DNA of 64,000 bases from Pristiophorus japonicus (Eukaryota): the NCBI RefSeq assembly GCF_044704955.1, contig NC_091999.1, forward strand, positions 50,096,001-50,160,000, read 5' to 3'. The notes under the pieces were generated by a model. It made no database searches and was not told the DNA's origin. It was given only the letters and a program-made list of their open reading frames with translations. Numbering within the stretch: the first letter of the stretch is position 1; the number at the start of each line of letters is the position of its first letter. Positions 50,618 to 64,000 of this stretch are shown one piece after another. The position numbers and the translations under genes are program-made.

Positions 50618-52247
50618 GTGGACTGGGAAAATATGTTCAAGGGTAAGACTGTAGAAATGCAGTGACAAACATTTAAGGTGACATTTCATAATCTCAGCAA
50701 AGATTTATTCAAGTGAGAAATAAAGATGCAAGAGAAGGATGAACCATCCCTGGCTAACCCAGGAAGTAAAGGATGGTATCAAATTGAAAAAAAGGCATAC
50801 AATTTTGTGAAGGACAGTGGAAGGCCAGAGGATTGGGAAATGTTTCGATACCAGCAAAGGACGACTAAAACATGATAAAGTCAGGGAAGATAGCAGATCA
50901 GAGCAAACTGCAAGAAATATAAAAACAGACAGCAAGAGCATCTACAGGTATGTAAATAGGAAACGAGTATCTAAAGTAAATGCTGGTCCCTTAGAGGATG
51001 GGACTGGAGAATTAATAATGGGAAACATGGAACTGGCAGAGATTTTGAACAAATATTTTGTATCGGTCTTCATGGTGGAGGACACGAAAATCATCCCAAC
51101 AGTTGTTATTCAAGGAGCTATTATGGGGGTGGGTGGGAACGTAAAACAGTCACTATCAGTAGAGATAAAGTACTCAGCAAACTAATGGGACTAAAGGTGG
51201 ACAAGTCCCCTGGACCTGATGACATGCATGCCAGGGTCTTCAGAGAAGTGGCTGCAGAGATAGTGAATGCACTGGTTGTAATCTACCAATATTCCCTGAA
51301 CTCTGGAGAGGTCCCAGTGGACTGGAAAACAGCAAATGTAACACCCCTATTTAAGAAAGGAGGGAGACAGAAAACAGGAAACTATAGACCAGTTAGTCTA
51401 ACATCTATCAGTGGGATAATACTGGAGTCCATCATTAAGGAAAAGTAGCAGGACATTTGGAAAATCATATTGCAGTCAAGCAGATTCAACATGGTTTTAT
51501 GAAAGGGAAATCATGTTTGACAACTTTGCTGGAGTTGATTGAGGATGTAACGAGCAGGGTGGATGAAGTAGAACCAGTTGATGTCGTATATGTGGATTTC
51601 CAGAAAGCATTTGATAAGTTGCCACACAAAAGGTTACTGCAGAAGCTAAGAGCTCATGGAGGTGGGGTAATATATTAGCATGGATAGAGGATTGGCTAAC
51701 TAACATAAAACAGAGTGTCAAGATAAATGGGTCATTTTTAGGTTGCCAAACTGTAACTAATGGGGTGACACAGGGATCAGTGCTGGGGCCTCAACTATTT
51801 ACAATTTATATTAATGACTTGGATGAAGGGACCGACAGTAACGCAGCCACATTTGATGCTGATACAAAGATAGGTGGGAAAGCAAGTTGTGAGGAGGAGG
51901 CAACAAATCTACAAAGGGATATAGACAGGCTCAGTGAGTGGGTAAAAATCTGGCAGATGGACTATAATGTGGTAAATGTCAGGTTATCCCCTTTGGTAGG
52001 AAAAATAAAAACGTGAATTATTATTTAAATGGGGTCGATTACAAAATGCTGTAGTACAGAGGGATCTGGGGGTTCTTGTCCAAGAAACTCAATAGGTTAA
52101 CATGCAGGTACAGCAAATAATCAGGAAGGCAAATGGAATGCTGGCCTTTATTGCAAGGGGGGTGGAGTATAAAAGTCGGGAAGTGATGCTACAACTGTAC
52201 AGGCCATTTTTAAGACCACAGCTGGAGTACTGCACACAGTTTTGGTC
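50618..52247 (+). mobile_element. CR1 ORF2 internal fragment
   Basis: KSPGPD, NYRPVSLTS, DFQKAFDK and QGSVLGP motifs; truncated after YCTQFW. Confidence 0.88.
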
Positions 52248-52713
52248 TGGACTTGTCTCCATTCCCGTGCCGAGGGGATTGTTACACCAGACGGGAGGGG
52301 CAACATTTGGGCACACTGATTCCGCACCAATTCCCATTCTCCTCCTTTCTGGTGGATAATGGAGGGGCCACTGTGTGTAATGTGCAAGTCAGTAAGCATT
52401 GTCAGCAAGCTCTTTTTGGAGATTATATTCAGTGGAAAGTTTGACACTATTGTAGATTTTGTACCAAAGATCAATGTAGGATTCAAGTAAAAATGCATAC
52501 CAAATTTCTGTTGAGAGTCGCTGAATTAAGGGGGAAGATAACACACAGCGTTTCTTAAATGGACACTGCAGCCTCGAGAACACAATCAGCAATATATCCA
52601 GAGTATTAAAGTCCAGCCCAGTTATAGGGTTATTATCAGCAGAAACAAACCCCAACTGTCAGAATGAACATGGTTCAGTCGGGATGTGATTAACAGCAGA
52701 TTCCAACCCCTGC

Positions 52714-53323
52714 AGTCACTTGTGAACTGCTGGTGTTTCAGCAGGTGGGATGACGCAGTGAATCCCTTCACACACATGGGGCAGTTGCACGGCCTCTCCC
52801 CAGTGTGAACTCGCTGGTGAGTTACAAGGTCGGATGACACAGTGAATCCCTTCACACACATGGGGCAGGTGAACGGCCTCTCCCCAGTGTGAATGCGTCG
52901 ATGAATTTCCAGCACAGACGGCGATCTAAATACCTTCCCATAATCCCCACAGTTTCTCCATGGTGCTGGTATCCTTGTGACTCTGGATGGTTGGACGATC
53001 AGTTGAAGCCTCGCCCACACTCATAACACGTTTACAGTTTCACCCCGCTGTGAATGGTGCAATGTTTCTTCAGGATGTGTGACTGGTTAAAGCTTTTTCC
53101 ACAGGCAGAGCACTGGATCATTCACTCGGGTGTGTGTGTCTCTGTGCTTTTCCAGTCACACTGATGTTTGAAATCTTTTCCCACAGGCAGGACAGACAAA
53201 CATTTCTCCTTCCACTTTCAAAGGACGATGATATTCGGGTCCTCATGAATCGATTGAGTCCGTCAGATCTTGACATGATGTTTGGTTTGTGTTTCCTGTC
53301 TGAAAATCTCCCCTTCTAATACG
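52714..53323 (-). pseudogene. C2H2 zinc-finger pseudogene
   Basis: Acceptor at 53324; ATG at 52961 followed by an apparent 8 bp deletion relative to the 41 kb paralogue; about 3 fingers. Confidence 0.82.
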
Positions 53324-53535
53324 CTGTAAAAGGAGATAACAAAACTCATCACTGTCAGTACAATACAGAAATTCAGGAAAGACACATCTAGTTTCCATGG
53401 AACATTCTTTCCTCTCTTGTTCTTCCAAAGCTTTAAATCCCTGTCCAACACATTGTCCCTCCTGCTGTGCTGAAATCCAAATCAACACACATTTCTAAAC
53501 TGTTTCACCTCCACTCCCAGTTTTCAACACCAATT

Positions 53536-54830
53536 CTGGTTGGGTTCAGTTCGACACTCACTGGTTCTCCTCCCCTTAAGGTACTGACTCTGGCTGGGTT
53601 CAGTTCTACACTCACTGGTTCTCCTCCCCTTAAGGTACTGACTCTGGCTGGGTTCAGTTCTATACTCACTGGTTCCCCTCCCCTTAAAGTACTGACTCTG
53701 GCTGGGTTCAGTTCTACATTCACTGGTTCCCTTCCCCTGAAGGTACTGACTCTGGCTGGGTTCAGTTCTACACTCAATGGTTCCCCTCCCCTGAAGGTAC
53801 TGACTCTGGCTGGGTTCAGTTCTACACTCACTGGTTCCCCTCCCCTGAAGGTACTGACTCTGGCTGGGTTCAGTTCTACACTCACTAGTTCCCCTCCCCT
53901 GAAGGTACTGACTCTGGCTGGGTTCAGTTCTACACCCACTGGTTCCCCTCCCCTGAAGGTACTGACTCTGGCTGGGTTCAGTTCTACACTCACTGGTTCC
54001 CTTCCCCTGAAGGTACTGACTCTGGCTGGGTTCAGTTCTACACCCACTGGTTCCCCTCCCTTGAAGGTACTGACTCTGGCTGGGTTCAGTTCTACACTCA
54101 CTGGTTCCCCTCCCCTGAAGGTACTGACTCTGGCTGGGTTCAGTTCTACACTCACTGTTTCCCTTCCACTGAAGGTACTGACTCTGGGAGGGTTAAGTTC
54201 TACACTCACTGGTTCCCCTCCCCTGAACGTACTGACTCTGGCTGGGTTCAGTTCTATACTCACTGGTTCCCCTCCCCTTAAGTACTGACTCTGGCTGGAT
54301 TCAGTTCCACACTCACTGGTTCCCTTCCACTGAAGGTACTGACTCTGGCTGGGTTCAGTTCTGCACTCACTGGTTCCCTTCCGCTGAAGGTGCTGACTCT
54401 GGCTGGGTTCAGTTCTACACTCACTGGTTCCCCTCCCCTGAGGTTATGACTCTGGTTGGTTTCAGTTCTACACTCACTGGTTCCCTTCCCCTAAAGGTGC
54501 TGACTCTGGTTGGGTTGTGTTCTACACTCACTGGTTCCCCTCCCCTGAAGGTGCTTACTCTGACTGGGTTCAGTTCTACACTCACTGGTTCCCCTCCCCT
54601 GAAGGTACTGACTCTGGTTGGGTTCAGTTCTGCACTCACTGGTTCCCTTCCCCTGAAGGTGCTGACTCTGGCTGCGTTCAGTTCTACAATCACTGGTTCC
54701 CCTCCCCTGAAGGTGCTGATTCTGGCTGGGTTCAGTTCCACACTCACTGGTTCCCCTCCCCTGAAGGTGCTGATTCTTGTTGCGTTCAGTTCCACACTCA
54801 CTGGTTCCCCTCTCTCTCCTCCCCTGAAGT
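53536..54830. repeat. 54 bp minisatellite type B, ~24 units, inverted relative to 29350 and 63868
   Basis: Unit GTACTGACTCTGGCTGGGTTCAGTTCTACACTCACTGGTTCCCCTCCCCTGAAG. Confidence 0.95.
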
Positions 54831-54839
54831 TTTTTTTTC

Positions 54840-57786
54840 TGTTAAGTTAGTATTTAGTCTTTAAATAAAGGTTAATTAAATCAGCGGATTGCTGAGTCGT
54901 TGCTGGGTATATTTCTCTAAGGTTTAGAGTTTAGTTCTACTTGATAGTTGCGAGTGTAACTAGAGGGATGACACGACAGCTCAGTTCCGTGGATTACACA
55001 TCCTGTGGCATGTGAGAAATCCTGGAAGCTTTGCACAGCCGGGACGACCACATGTGCAGGAGGTGTCTCCAGCTGCACCAACTCCAGCTCCGCGTTTTGG
55101 AGCTTGAGCGGCGGCTGGAGTCACTGCGGTGCATCCATGACACTGAGAGCTCCGGGGATCTCACGTTTCTAGAGGTGGTCACCCCGCAGCTTAAGAATGT
55201 GCAGGCAGAGGGGGATTGGGTGACCCCTGGACAGAAGAGGAGGACCAGACAGGTAGTGCAGGAGTCCCCTGAGTCCATCTCGCTCTCCAACCGGTTCTCT
55301 GTTCTGAGTACTGGTGAGGGCGATGGTGGCTCTGGGAGTGAGCCAGAGCTACATTCACAGCACTTTGGGTGTCTCAGCTGTGCGGGGGGGAGGAAGAAGA
55401 ATGGAAGAGCTCTAGTGATAGGGGATTCAATAGTCAGGGGAGCAGACAGGTGTTTCTGCAGCCGCAGACGTGACTCCAGGATGGTATGTTGCCTCCCTGG
55501 TGCCAGGATGTCACTGAGCGGCTGCAGGGCATTCTGGGGGGAGAGGGTGAACAGCCGGAGGTTGTGGTCCACATCGGGACCAATGACACAGGTAGAAGGA
55601 GGGGTGAGGTCCTGCAGGCAGCATTTAAGGAGCTCGGAGAGAGATTAAAAAGCAGCTCTCAAAGCTAGTAATCTCCGGATGACTCCCGATGCCACGAGCT
55701 CGTGAGTACAGAAATAGAAGGATAGAACAGATGAATACGTGGCTGGAGAGATGGTGCAGGCGGGAGGGCTTTAGTTTACGGAGGCATTGGGACCGTTTCT
55801 GGGGGAGGTTGGGCCGGTACAAGCTGAAAGGTTTGCACCTCAACAGAGCCGGGACCAATATCCTCACGGGGGGGTTGCTAGTGCTGTTGGAGAGAGTTTA
55901 AACTCGCTTGGCAGGGAGACGGGAACCTGAAAATAGATTCAGTAGGGAGGGGATTAAAGCTGGAATTAGAAAGCAAAATTAAAGAAAGTGAGTTTGAAGG
56001 AGAGAGGAAATAAGCAGGAAAAAAGTGTAAAAAAAACAAACTTAAAGCCACTTTGTCTAAATGCACGTATCATTTATAACAAAATAGATGAGTTGACGGC
56101 ACAAATAGATACAAATGGGTGTGATCTGATAGGCATTACAGAGACATGGTTGCAAGGTGACCAGGTCTGGGAATGAAATATTCAGGGGTATTTGACAATC
56201 CAGAAGGACAGACAGAAAGGAAAAGGAGGTGGGGTAGCTCTATTGATAAAGGATGGAATCACTGCAATAAGAAGAAACAATATTGGCTCAAATGATCAGG
56301 ATGTTGAACCAGTTTGGGTGGAGATAAGGAATAATAAAGGGAAAAAGTCACTGGTGGACATAGTCTACAGGCCACCTAACAGTAGCAACTGTGTTGGTCG
56401 GAGCATAAACCAGGAAATAGTGGGGGCTTGTAAAAAGGGAACAGCAATAATCATTAGTGATTTTAACCTCCATATTGATTAGACATATCAAATTGGTCAG
56501 GGTAGCCTTGAGTTGGAGTTCATAGAGTACATAAGGGGCGGGTTCATTCAGCAGTATGTAACGGAACCAACCAGGGGGCAGGCTATCTCAGATCTGGTCC
56601 TGTGTAATGAGATAGGATTAAAAAACAATCTCCAAGTAAAGGATCTCCTTGGAATGAGTGATCATAGCATGGTTGAATTTCAAATTCAGATGGAGGGTGA
56701 GAAAGTTAGCTCTCTAACCAGCGTTGGAGTCCATTATTAAAGAAGCAGTAGCAGGACATTTGGAAAAGCACATTTCAGTCAGGCAGAGTCACCACGGATT
56801 TATGAAGGGGAAGTCATGTTTGACAAATTTGTTGGAATTCTGTGAGGATGCAACAGACAGGGTGGATAAAGGGGAACCATTGGATGTGGTATATTTGGAC
56901 TTCCAGAAGGCATTTGACAAGGTGCCACATAAAAAGTTACTGCACAAGATAAAATATCATGGGGTTGGGGGCAATATATTAGCATGGATAAAGGATTGGT
57001 TAGTAAAAGAAAACAGAGTCAGGATAAATGGTTCATTCTCGGGTTGGCAATCAGTAACTAGTGGGGTGTCGCAGGGATCAGTGCTGGGACCCCGACTATT
57101 TACAATCTATATTAACGATGCGGAAGAAAGGGCCGAGGGTAACGTAGCCACATTTGCTGACGATGCAAAGATAGGAGGAAAATCAATGTGTGAGGAGGAC
57201 ACAAAAAATCTGCAAAAGGACATAGACAGGCTAAATGAGTGTGCAAAAATTTGGTAGATGGAGTATATTGTTGGAAAGTGTGAGGTCATGTGCTTTGGCA
57301 GAAAAATTCAAAGAGCAAGTTATTAATTAAATGGAGAAAAATTGCAGAGGTTAGTATGCAGGTTCTGCAAGTGATCAGGAAGGCCAATGAATTCTTGGCC
57401 TTTATTGCAAAGGGGATGGAGTATAAAAGCAGGGAAGTCTTGCTGCAGTTATACAGGGTATTGGTGAGGGCACTCCTGGAATACTGTGTACAGTTTTAGT
57501 TTCCATATTTACGAAAGGATATACTTGCTTTGGTGGCAGTTTCTTGTCTTGGAGGGTTGTAGTAAATCTGTGGAATTAGCTGCCTCAGAGAGCTGTGGAA
57601 GCTGGGTCATTGAATAAATTTAAGACAGAGATAGGCAGGTTTTTAACCAATAAGGGGTTATGGGGCGAAGACAGGGAAGTGGTCCAGAGTCCATGATCGG
57701 ATCAGCCATGATCGTGTTGCGTTGTGAAGCAGGCTCGAGTATGGCCTGCTCCTGCTCCTATTCCGTATGTCCATTTGTTCTTATGT
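54840..57786 (+). mobile_element. CR1 LINE with ORF1 and internally deleted ORF2
   Basis: ORF1 Cys motif, zipper and esterase (IGDSIVRG, HIGTND); APE; jump into RT near 56722; 3'UTR. Confidence 0.88.
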
Positions 57787-58207
57787 TTACCACTCCCTCA
57801 TCAGACACTTCCAGGGCAAGTACAGCAAGGGTTAGATACAGAGTAAAGCTCCCTCTGCACTGTCCCATCAAATGCTAAACCTTGCCCATAATGAGCAGGG
57901 CTCAGGGAGGTTGGTTGCTGGGCACTGCAGTGATGTCATTAAGCTAGTTTGAATAGCTAATAGTTACTCCAAACTAACTTAGGCCAGCATATCTGGCCAC
58001 ACAGAAAGACAAGAAAGCACCAAGCACTTAACAAAGCACAAAAATAAGCATTCAATAACAAATAAAAAATACAAGGAAGCTGAGAGAACCTGCATCAAGC
58101 ACCAAGATTTACAAAGCACGAAACAAAACACAAAAAGTAACAAGCAATTAATTAACAAATAAAAAATAAAAGGAAACCTGCATCGAAAGCACCAAGACCA
58201 AAGTAAT

Positions 58208-59784
58208 TGATGGGATTGAAGGCCAATAAACCCCCGGGGCCTGATAGTCTGCATCCCAGATTACTTAAGGAAGTGGCCCTAGAAAGAGTGGATGCATTGG
58301 TGATCATTTTCCAACAGTCTATCGACGCTGGATCAGTTCCTATGGCCTGGAGGGTAGCTAATGTAGCACCACTTTTTAAAAAAGGAGAGAGAAAACGGGT
58401 AATTATAGACCAGTTAGCCTGACATCAGTAGTGAGGAAAATGTTGGAATCAATCATTAAGGTTGAGAGAGCAATGGCAGGATCGGACCAAATCAACATGG
58501 ATTTATGAAAGGGAAATCATGCTTGACAAATCTTCTAGAATTTTTTGAGGATGTAACTCGTAGAGTGGACAAGGGAGAACCAGTGGATGTGGTGTATTTG
58601 GACTTTCAAAAGGCTTTTGACAAGGTCCCACACAAGAGATTCGTGTGCAAAATTAAAGCACATGGTACTGGGGCTAATGTACTGACGTGGATAGAGAACT
58701 GGTTGGCAGACAGGAAGCAGTGAGTCGGGATAAACGAGTACATTTCAGAATGGCAAGCAGTGACTAGTGGGGTGCCGAAGAGCTCAGTGCTGGGACCCCA
58801 GCTATTTACATTATACATTAATGATTTAGATGGAGGAATTGTTGTAATATCTCCAAGGCTGCAGATGAAACTAGACTGGGTGGCGGTGTGAGCTGTGTGG
58901 AGGACGCTAAGAGGCTGAAGTGTGACTTAGACAGGTTGGGTGATTGGGCAAACGCATGGCAGATGCAGCATAATGTAGATAACTGTGAGGTTATTCACTT
59001 TAGTGGCAAAAACACAAATGCAGAATATTATCTGAATGGCAGCAGATAAGGAAAAGAGAAAGTGCAACGAGATGGTGTCATGGTACATCAGTCATTGAAA
59101 GATAGCATGCAGGTACAGCAGGCGGTGAAGTTGGCAAATGGTATGTTGGCCTTCACAGCAATGGGATTTGAGTAGAGGGGCAGGGAGGTCTTACTGAAGT
59201 TGTAGAGGTCCTTAGTGACGTCTCAGCTGCAATATTGTGTTCAGTTTTTGTCTCCTAATCTGAGGAAGGACATTCTTGCTATTTAGGGAGTGCAGCGGAG
59301 GTTCACCAGACTGATTCCCAGGATGGCAGGACTGACATATGAGGAGAGACTGGATCGACTGGGCCTGTATTCACTGAAGTTTAGAAGGATGAGAGGGAAT
59401 CTCATCGAAACATATATACAATTCTGACGGGTCTGGACAGGTTTGATGCAGGAAGAATGTTCCCGATGTTGGGGAAGTCCAGAACCAGGGGACATAGTCT
59501 AAGGATAAGGGGTAAGCCAGTTAGGACTGAGATGAGGAGAAACTTCTTCATTCAGAGTTGTTAAGCTGTGGAATTCCCTGCCTCAGAGAGTTGTTGATGC
59601 TAGTTCATTGGATATATTCAAGAGGGAGTTAGATATGGCCCTTACGGCTAAAGGGATCAAAGGTTATGGAGAGAAACGAGGAAAGGGGTACTGAGGTGAA
59701 TGATCAGCCATGATCTTATTGAATGGTGGTGCAGACTCGAAGGGCCGAATGGCCTACTCCTGCATCTATTTTCTATGTTTCTGT
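58208..59784 (+). mobile_element. CR1 LINE, 5'-truncated (same subfamily as 18153-21376)
   Basis: RT motifs, GVMVHQSLK variant, TTTCTATG tail; possible GTAAT TSD at 58203 and 59785. Confidence 0.9.
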
Positions 59785-60429
59785 GTAATAATCAATCAAT
59801 AACAAATAAAAAGATCGGCGAATCGGTTCTTTCTCACTGTGCAGATCTGCTCCTGGTGATATACCCTCAACCTCCGACTGACTGCAACTCAACTTGCATG
59901 TATGTGCAGTAAAAACTCAGAGAAAGCTCAGAATCTCTTTAGTGAACTTAAACTGGGGTCTCGAGATCTCTTGCAACCGAAAAAGCAAAATGAAAAATGG
60001 ACCACAATCAATTAATAAATAAATAATCACACAAAAAGTAGAAGTCCTACCTTCAGCGGGCCGCCGATGAGGGAGCCCATTGGGCCAGGGACAGGGGCGG
60101 CACGCTTCGGGCCCCTCCCACACAGCCTGCAGAACACACGCAGAGATTCTGGGGGCGAGGAGCTGCTGCACATGCGTGCACACTCTAGCGTGCATGTGCA
60201 GAGGTCCTGGCACTGTTTTCAGCTCCGGGACCTGGCTGCGCTTCCATCGAGGCGAGGCTGGGGAGCGGCCAAACTCGGCCTGAAGACTTTTGGTGCCCGA
60301 ATCGGTATAGAAAAGCGTCGCACCTCTGGTGAGTTCGTCAGAAAACTCTACTGGTCAAATTTGGGCCCCAAGGGTGGGACTGTTTCAAATTTACCAATTT
60401 AGCACTTTGTTCTCACCAATGTGCGTGCT

Positions 60430-60685
60430 CCCTTCAAATCTGCTGCACTGTGTCTCTTCCAGCGGTGGGTGCTGGTGAGTGGTCCCTTTAAATCTGCTGC
60501 ATGGTGTCTCTTCCTGCGGTGAGAGCTGGTGAGCGGTCCCTTTAAATCTGCTGCACGGTGTCTCTTCCAGCGGTGGGAGCTGGTGAGCGGTCCCTTTAAA
60601 TCTGCTGCACGGTGTCTCTTCCAGCGGTGGGAGCTGGTGAGTCTGTCCCTTTAAATCTGCTGCACGGTGTCTCTTCCAGCGGTGG
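60430..60685. repeat. 54 bp minisatellite type A, ~5 units
   Basis: Same unit as 25410-25675. Confidence 0.9.
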
Positions 60686-60739
60686 AATGAAGATGGTTCG
60701 GTTCTGGATGTAACTAACAGCAGAATCCAAACCCTGCAG

Positions 60740-61720
<981 letters not shown>

Positions 61721-62446
61721 AAATAAAATGAATATAAAACAGATAAAAGGGAGTGAGAGAGAACCCAGAAAAACACACAGGCTTGTTGTAAAATTGAGCT
61801 TAATAAATCGGGGAATGTTTGGGGCGGGCTCTAGAAAAACAGTCACCATGAAAGCTGCCGGATTGTCACTAAAATCCCAACTGGCGCACTAATGTCCTCC
61901 AGCGATATGGGGATCGGGCGGGAGAGTCAAGTTCAGGTCGAAGATCAGCCATGGTCATATTGACCGATGGAGAAGGCTCGAAGGACCATATGGCTGACTC
62001 CTGCTCCTAATCCTTATGTTCTGATGGAAGGGAACCTGCCACCCAACCTGTCCCACGGCTTTTACCACCCAGAAGGAAAAGGGCAGCAGGTGAATGGGAA
62101 CACCATCATCTGCAAGTTCCCCTCCAAGTCACACACCATCCGGATTTGGTCATATATCGCCGTTCCTTCATCGTAACTGGGTCAAAATCCTGGAACTGGC
62201 TCCCTAACAGCACTGTGGGAGCACCTTCACCACACGGACTGCAGCGGTTCAAGTAGGTGACTCCCCACCAACTTCTCCAGTGTAATTAGGAATGGCCAAT
62301 AAATGCCGGCCTTGGCAGCGACGGCCACAGCCCGGAACAAATTAAAAAATCTGTAAATGTTCAATGGATTAAAAGTCTCTCCAGAAATACTTGTTCCTCA
62401 AACACTTTTCCATTGTGTGGACAGGGGGTGCTTAACAATCTAATCT

Positions 62447-62775
62447 CCCCCAGAGCCCACCTCCCCGGGGGCCCCGCACGGGCCCAGAGTCCACCTCCCC
62501 GGGAAACCCGCACGGGCCCAGAGCCCACCTCCCTGCACGGGCCCAGAGCCCACCTCCCCGGAGGACCCGCACGGGCCCAGTGCCTACCTCCCCGGGGGCC
62601 CCGCACGGGCCCAGAGCCAACCTCGCCGGGGGCCCCGCACGGGCCCAGAGCCCACCTCCCCGGGGGCCCGCACGGGCCCAGAGCCCACCTTCCCGGGGGC
62701 CCCGCACGGGCCGAGAGCCCACCTCCCCGGGGGCCCCGCACGGGCCCAGAGCCCACCTCCACGGGGGCCCCGCTC
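62447..62775. repeat. 34 bp GC-rich minisatellite, ~10 units
   Basis: Same unit as 28190-28580. Confidence 0.92.
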
Positions 62776-62939
62776 GGGGAAAGGCCGGAGCCGCAGGTTG
62801 TTGTTCGGGGCCTGAGGCCCACAGTGGGTGTGTGTGAAGCGGATAATGCGGAGTGTTGTCTCTCGGGCAGGCGGGGCCTGGGCCCGCACTCGGTGTGTGT
62901 GAAGCCCGCGCCGCCTGGGGTTTATTAACCCGCTCCCTC

Positions 62940-63295
62940 CCTGGGCCCATCTCTCAGCCGCTGCGTCAGACACAGCCGCCCTAGCGCGCATGCTCAGCTC
63001 ACACTGCCCGGGTGATTGACGGCAGCTCCGGGCCAATAGGAAGAGCGGGGGCGGCGCCGGAGGACCGAGTTGGCAATGGGTCCTCCAACGAATCAGACTG
63101 TGCTCGGGGCGGGGCTGGAGGACCGAGCGGGCGGAGGGTCCTCCAACCAATCGGAGTGTGCGAGAGGCAGGGCTGAGCCCGGATCTCCCGCACTGAGCAT
63201 GTGCGGGCGGCGGCGGCGACAGTTGGTGGAGCCCGGATCATTTCTGTTGTCGGCGCGGGGCTGGAAGTGGAGCCGTGTGTGGAGCTGGTGAGCGT
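62940..63295. promoter_or_regulatory. Candidate bidirectional CpG-island promoter
   Basis: Two CCAAT boxes (~63033, ~63147), GC boxes, divergent NRF1-like GCGCATGCTCAG and CTGAGCATGTGC, donor-like CTG|GTGAGC near 63288. Confidence 0.55.
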
Positions 63296-63867
63296 CATAA
63301 ACACCTGGTGTAGGGCCCAGGGCCAATCACAGCCCAGAGGCTGACCCCGGGCTTGATCTGCGGTGACAGGCCCGGGGTCAGCGGGGTCACCGGCCGCCAG
63401 CTGGGATTTGGGAAAGAGGAAAAATGGGAGACATTCTAAAGCAAATGGTGCAATTTGCAGGTGAACACAAAGCTGTGAGGGGCAGGGTCCGCTGATCAAT
63501 CTGTTCCAGCATTAATAGCAGTATAGAGTACAACAAGCAAGTTCTGGTCAACCTTTATCACTCACTATTTAGACTCAGATATTGAGGGTTGGCCTCAATT
63601 CTGGGACATCAATAATAACTTTCAAAACCAGCAATGTTCAAAGGGAACATTTTCTGGTGTTTTGGGGCAGGTGCAGGGAGTGGGTCTTTCAGTGAGTTGG
63701 ACAGGCTCGATGGGCCGAATGGCCTCTTTCTGTGCTGTGTGATTCCCTGAAATGGTGAGAGTCCGGGAGCGAGTGGTCAGGGAGAGCCCATCACCAAAAC
63801 AGGGAGATATTACAGATATATAGGGAGGGTCAGAGTGTATAAAGAGGTGACGAGAGCACAGACACCC

Positions 63868-64000
63868 AGAGTCAGTACCTTCAGGGGAGGGGAACCAGTG
63901 AGTGTAGAACTGAACCCAGCCAGAGTCAGTGCTTTCAGGGGAGGGGAACCAGTGAGGGTCGAACTGAACAAAGCCAGAGTCAGTACTTTCAGGGAGGAGG
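63868..64000. repeat. 54 bp minisatellite type B (runs off the window)
   Basis: Same unit and orientation as 29350-29645. Confidence 0.88.

Noticed and set aside
52248-52600. Unassigned segment with short ORFs
   Set aside because: No recognisable motif; it needs a database search.
53467-54864. Long ORFs on both strands with 18 aa periodicity (also 29107-29904 in part and 25472-25738)
   Set aside because: Artefacts of 54 bp repeat units that lack stops in several frames.

Overview
Eukaryotic, repeat-dense vertebrate DNA; the repeat and zinc-finger complement looks like a cartilaginous fish (inference). All alignments and coordinates were read by eye, so boundaries are approximate. (1) 1-24314 is a head-to-tail array of three ~7 kb Tx1-clade non-LTR retrotransposons on the minus strand (ORF1 with CCHC knuckle; ORF2 with APE, RT and C-terminal zinc finger), all frameshifted. 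The array sits antisense inside the RT-coding region of a CR1 LINE. Every junction carries a 14-18 bp copy of the same CR1 sequence, TCCTTGTGCATGAA(AC). This points to a retrotransposon family that targets a fixed site in another retrotransposon and re-inserts at the duplicated site, and it is the main finding. A CR1 of a different subfamily has in turn inserted into Tx1 copy 3. (2) 24315-64000 is a C2H2 zinc-finger gene cluster: one possibly intact gene and three pseudogenes, none with a KRAB domain in the visible sequence. It includes a >4 kb segmental duplication, CCAAT/NRF1-like CpG promoter modules, five minisatellite families, many CR1/L2/RTE/SINE fragments, two solo LTRs, and a decayed LTR element with env-like remnants but no visible pol.
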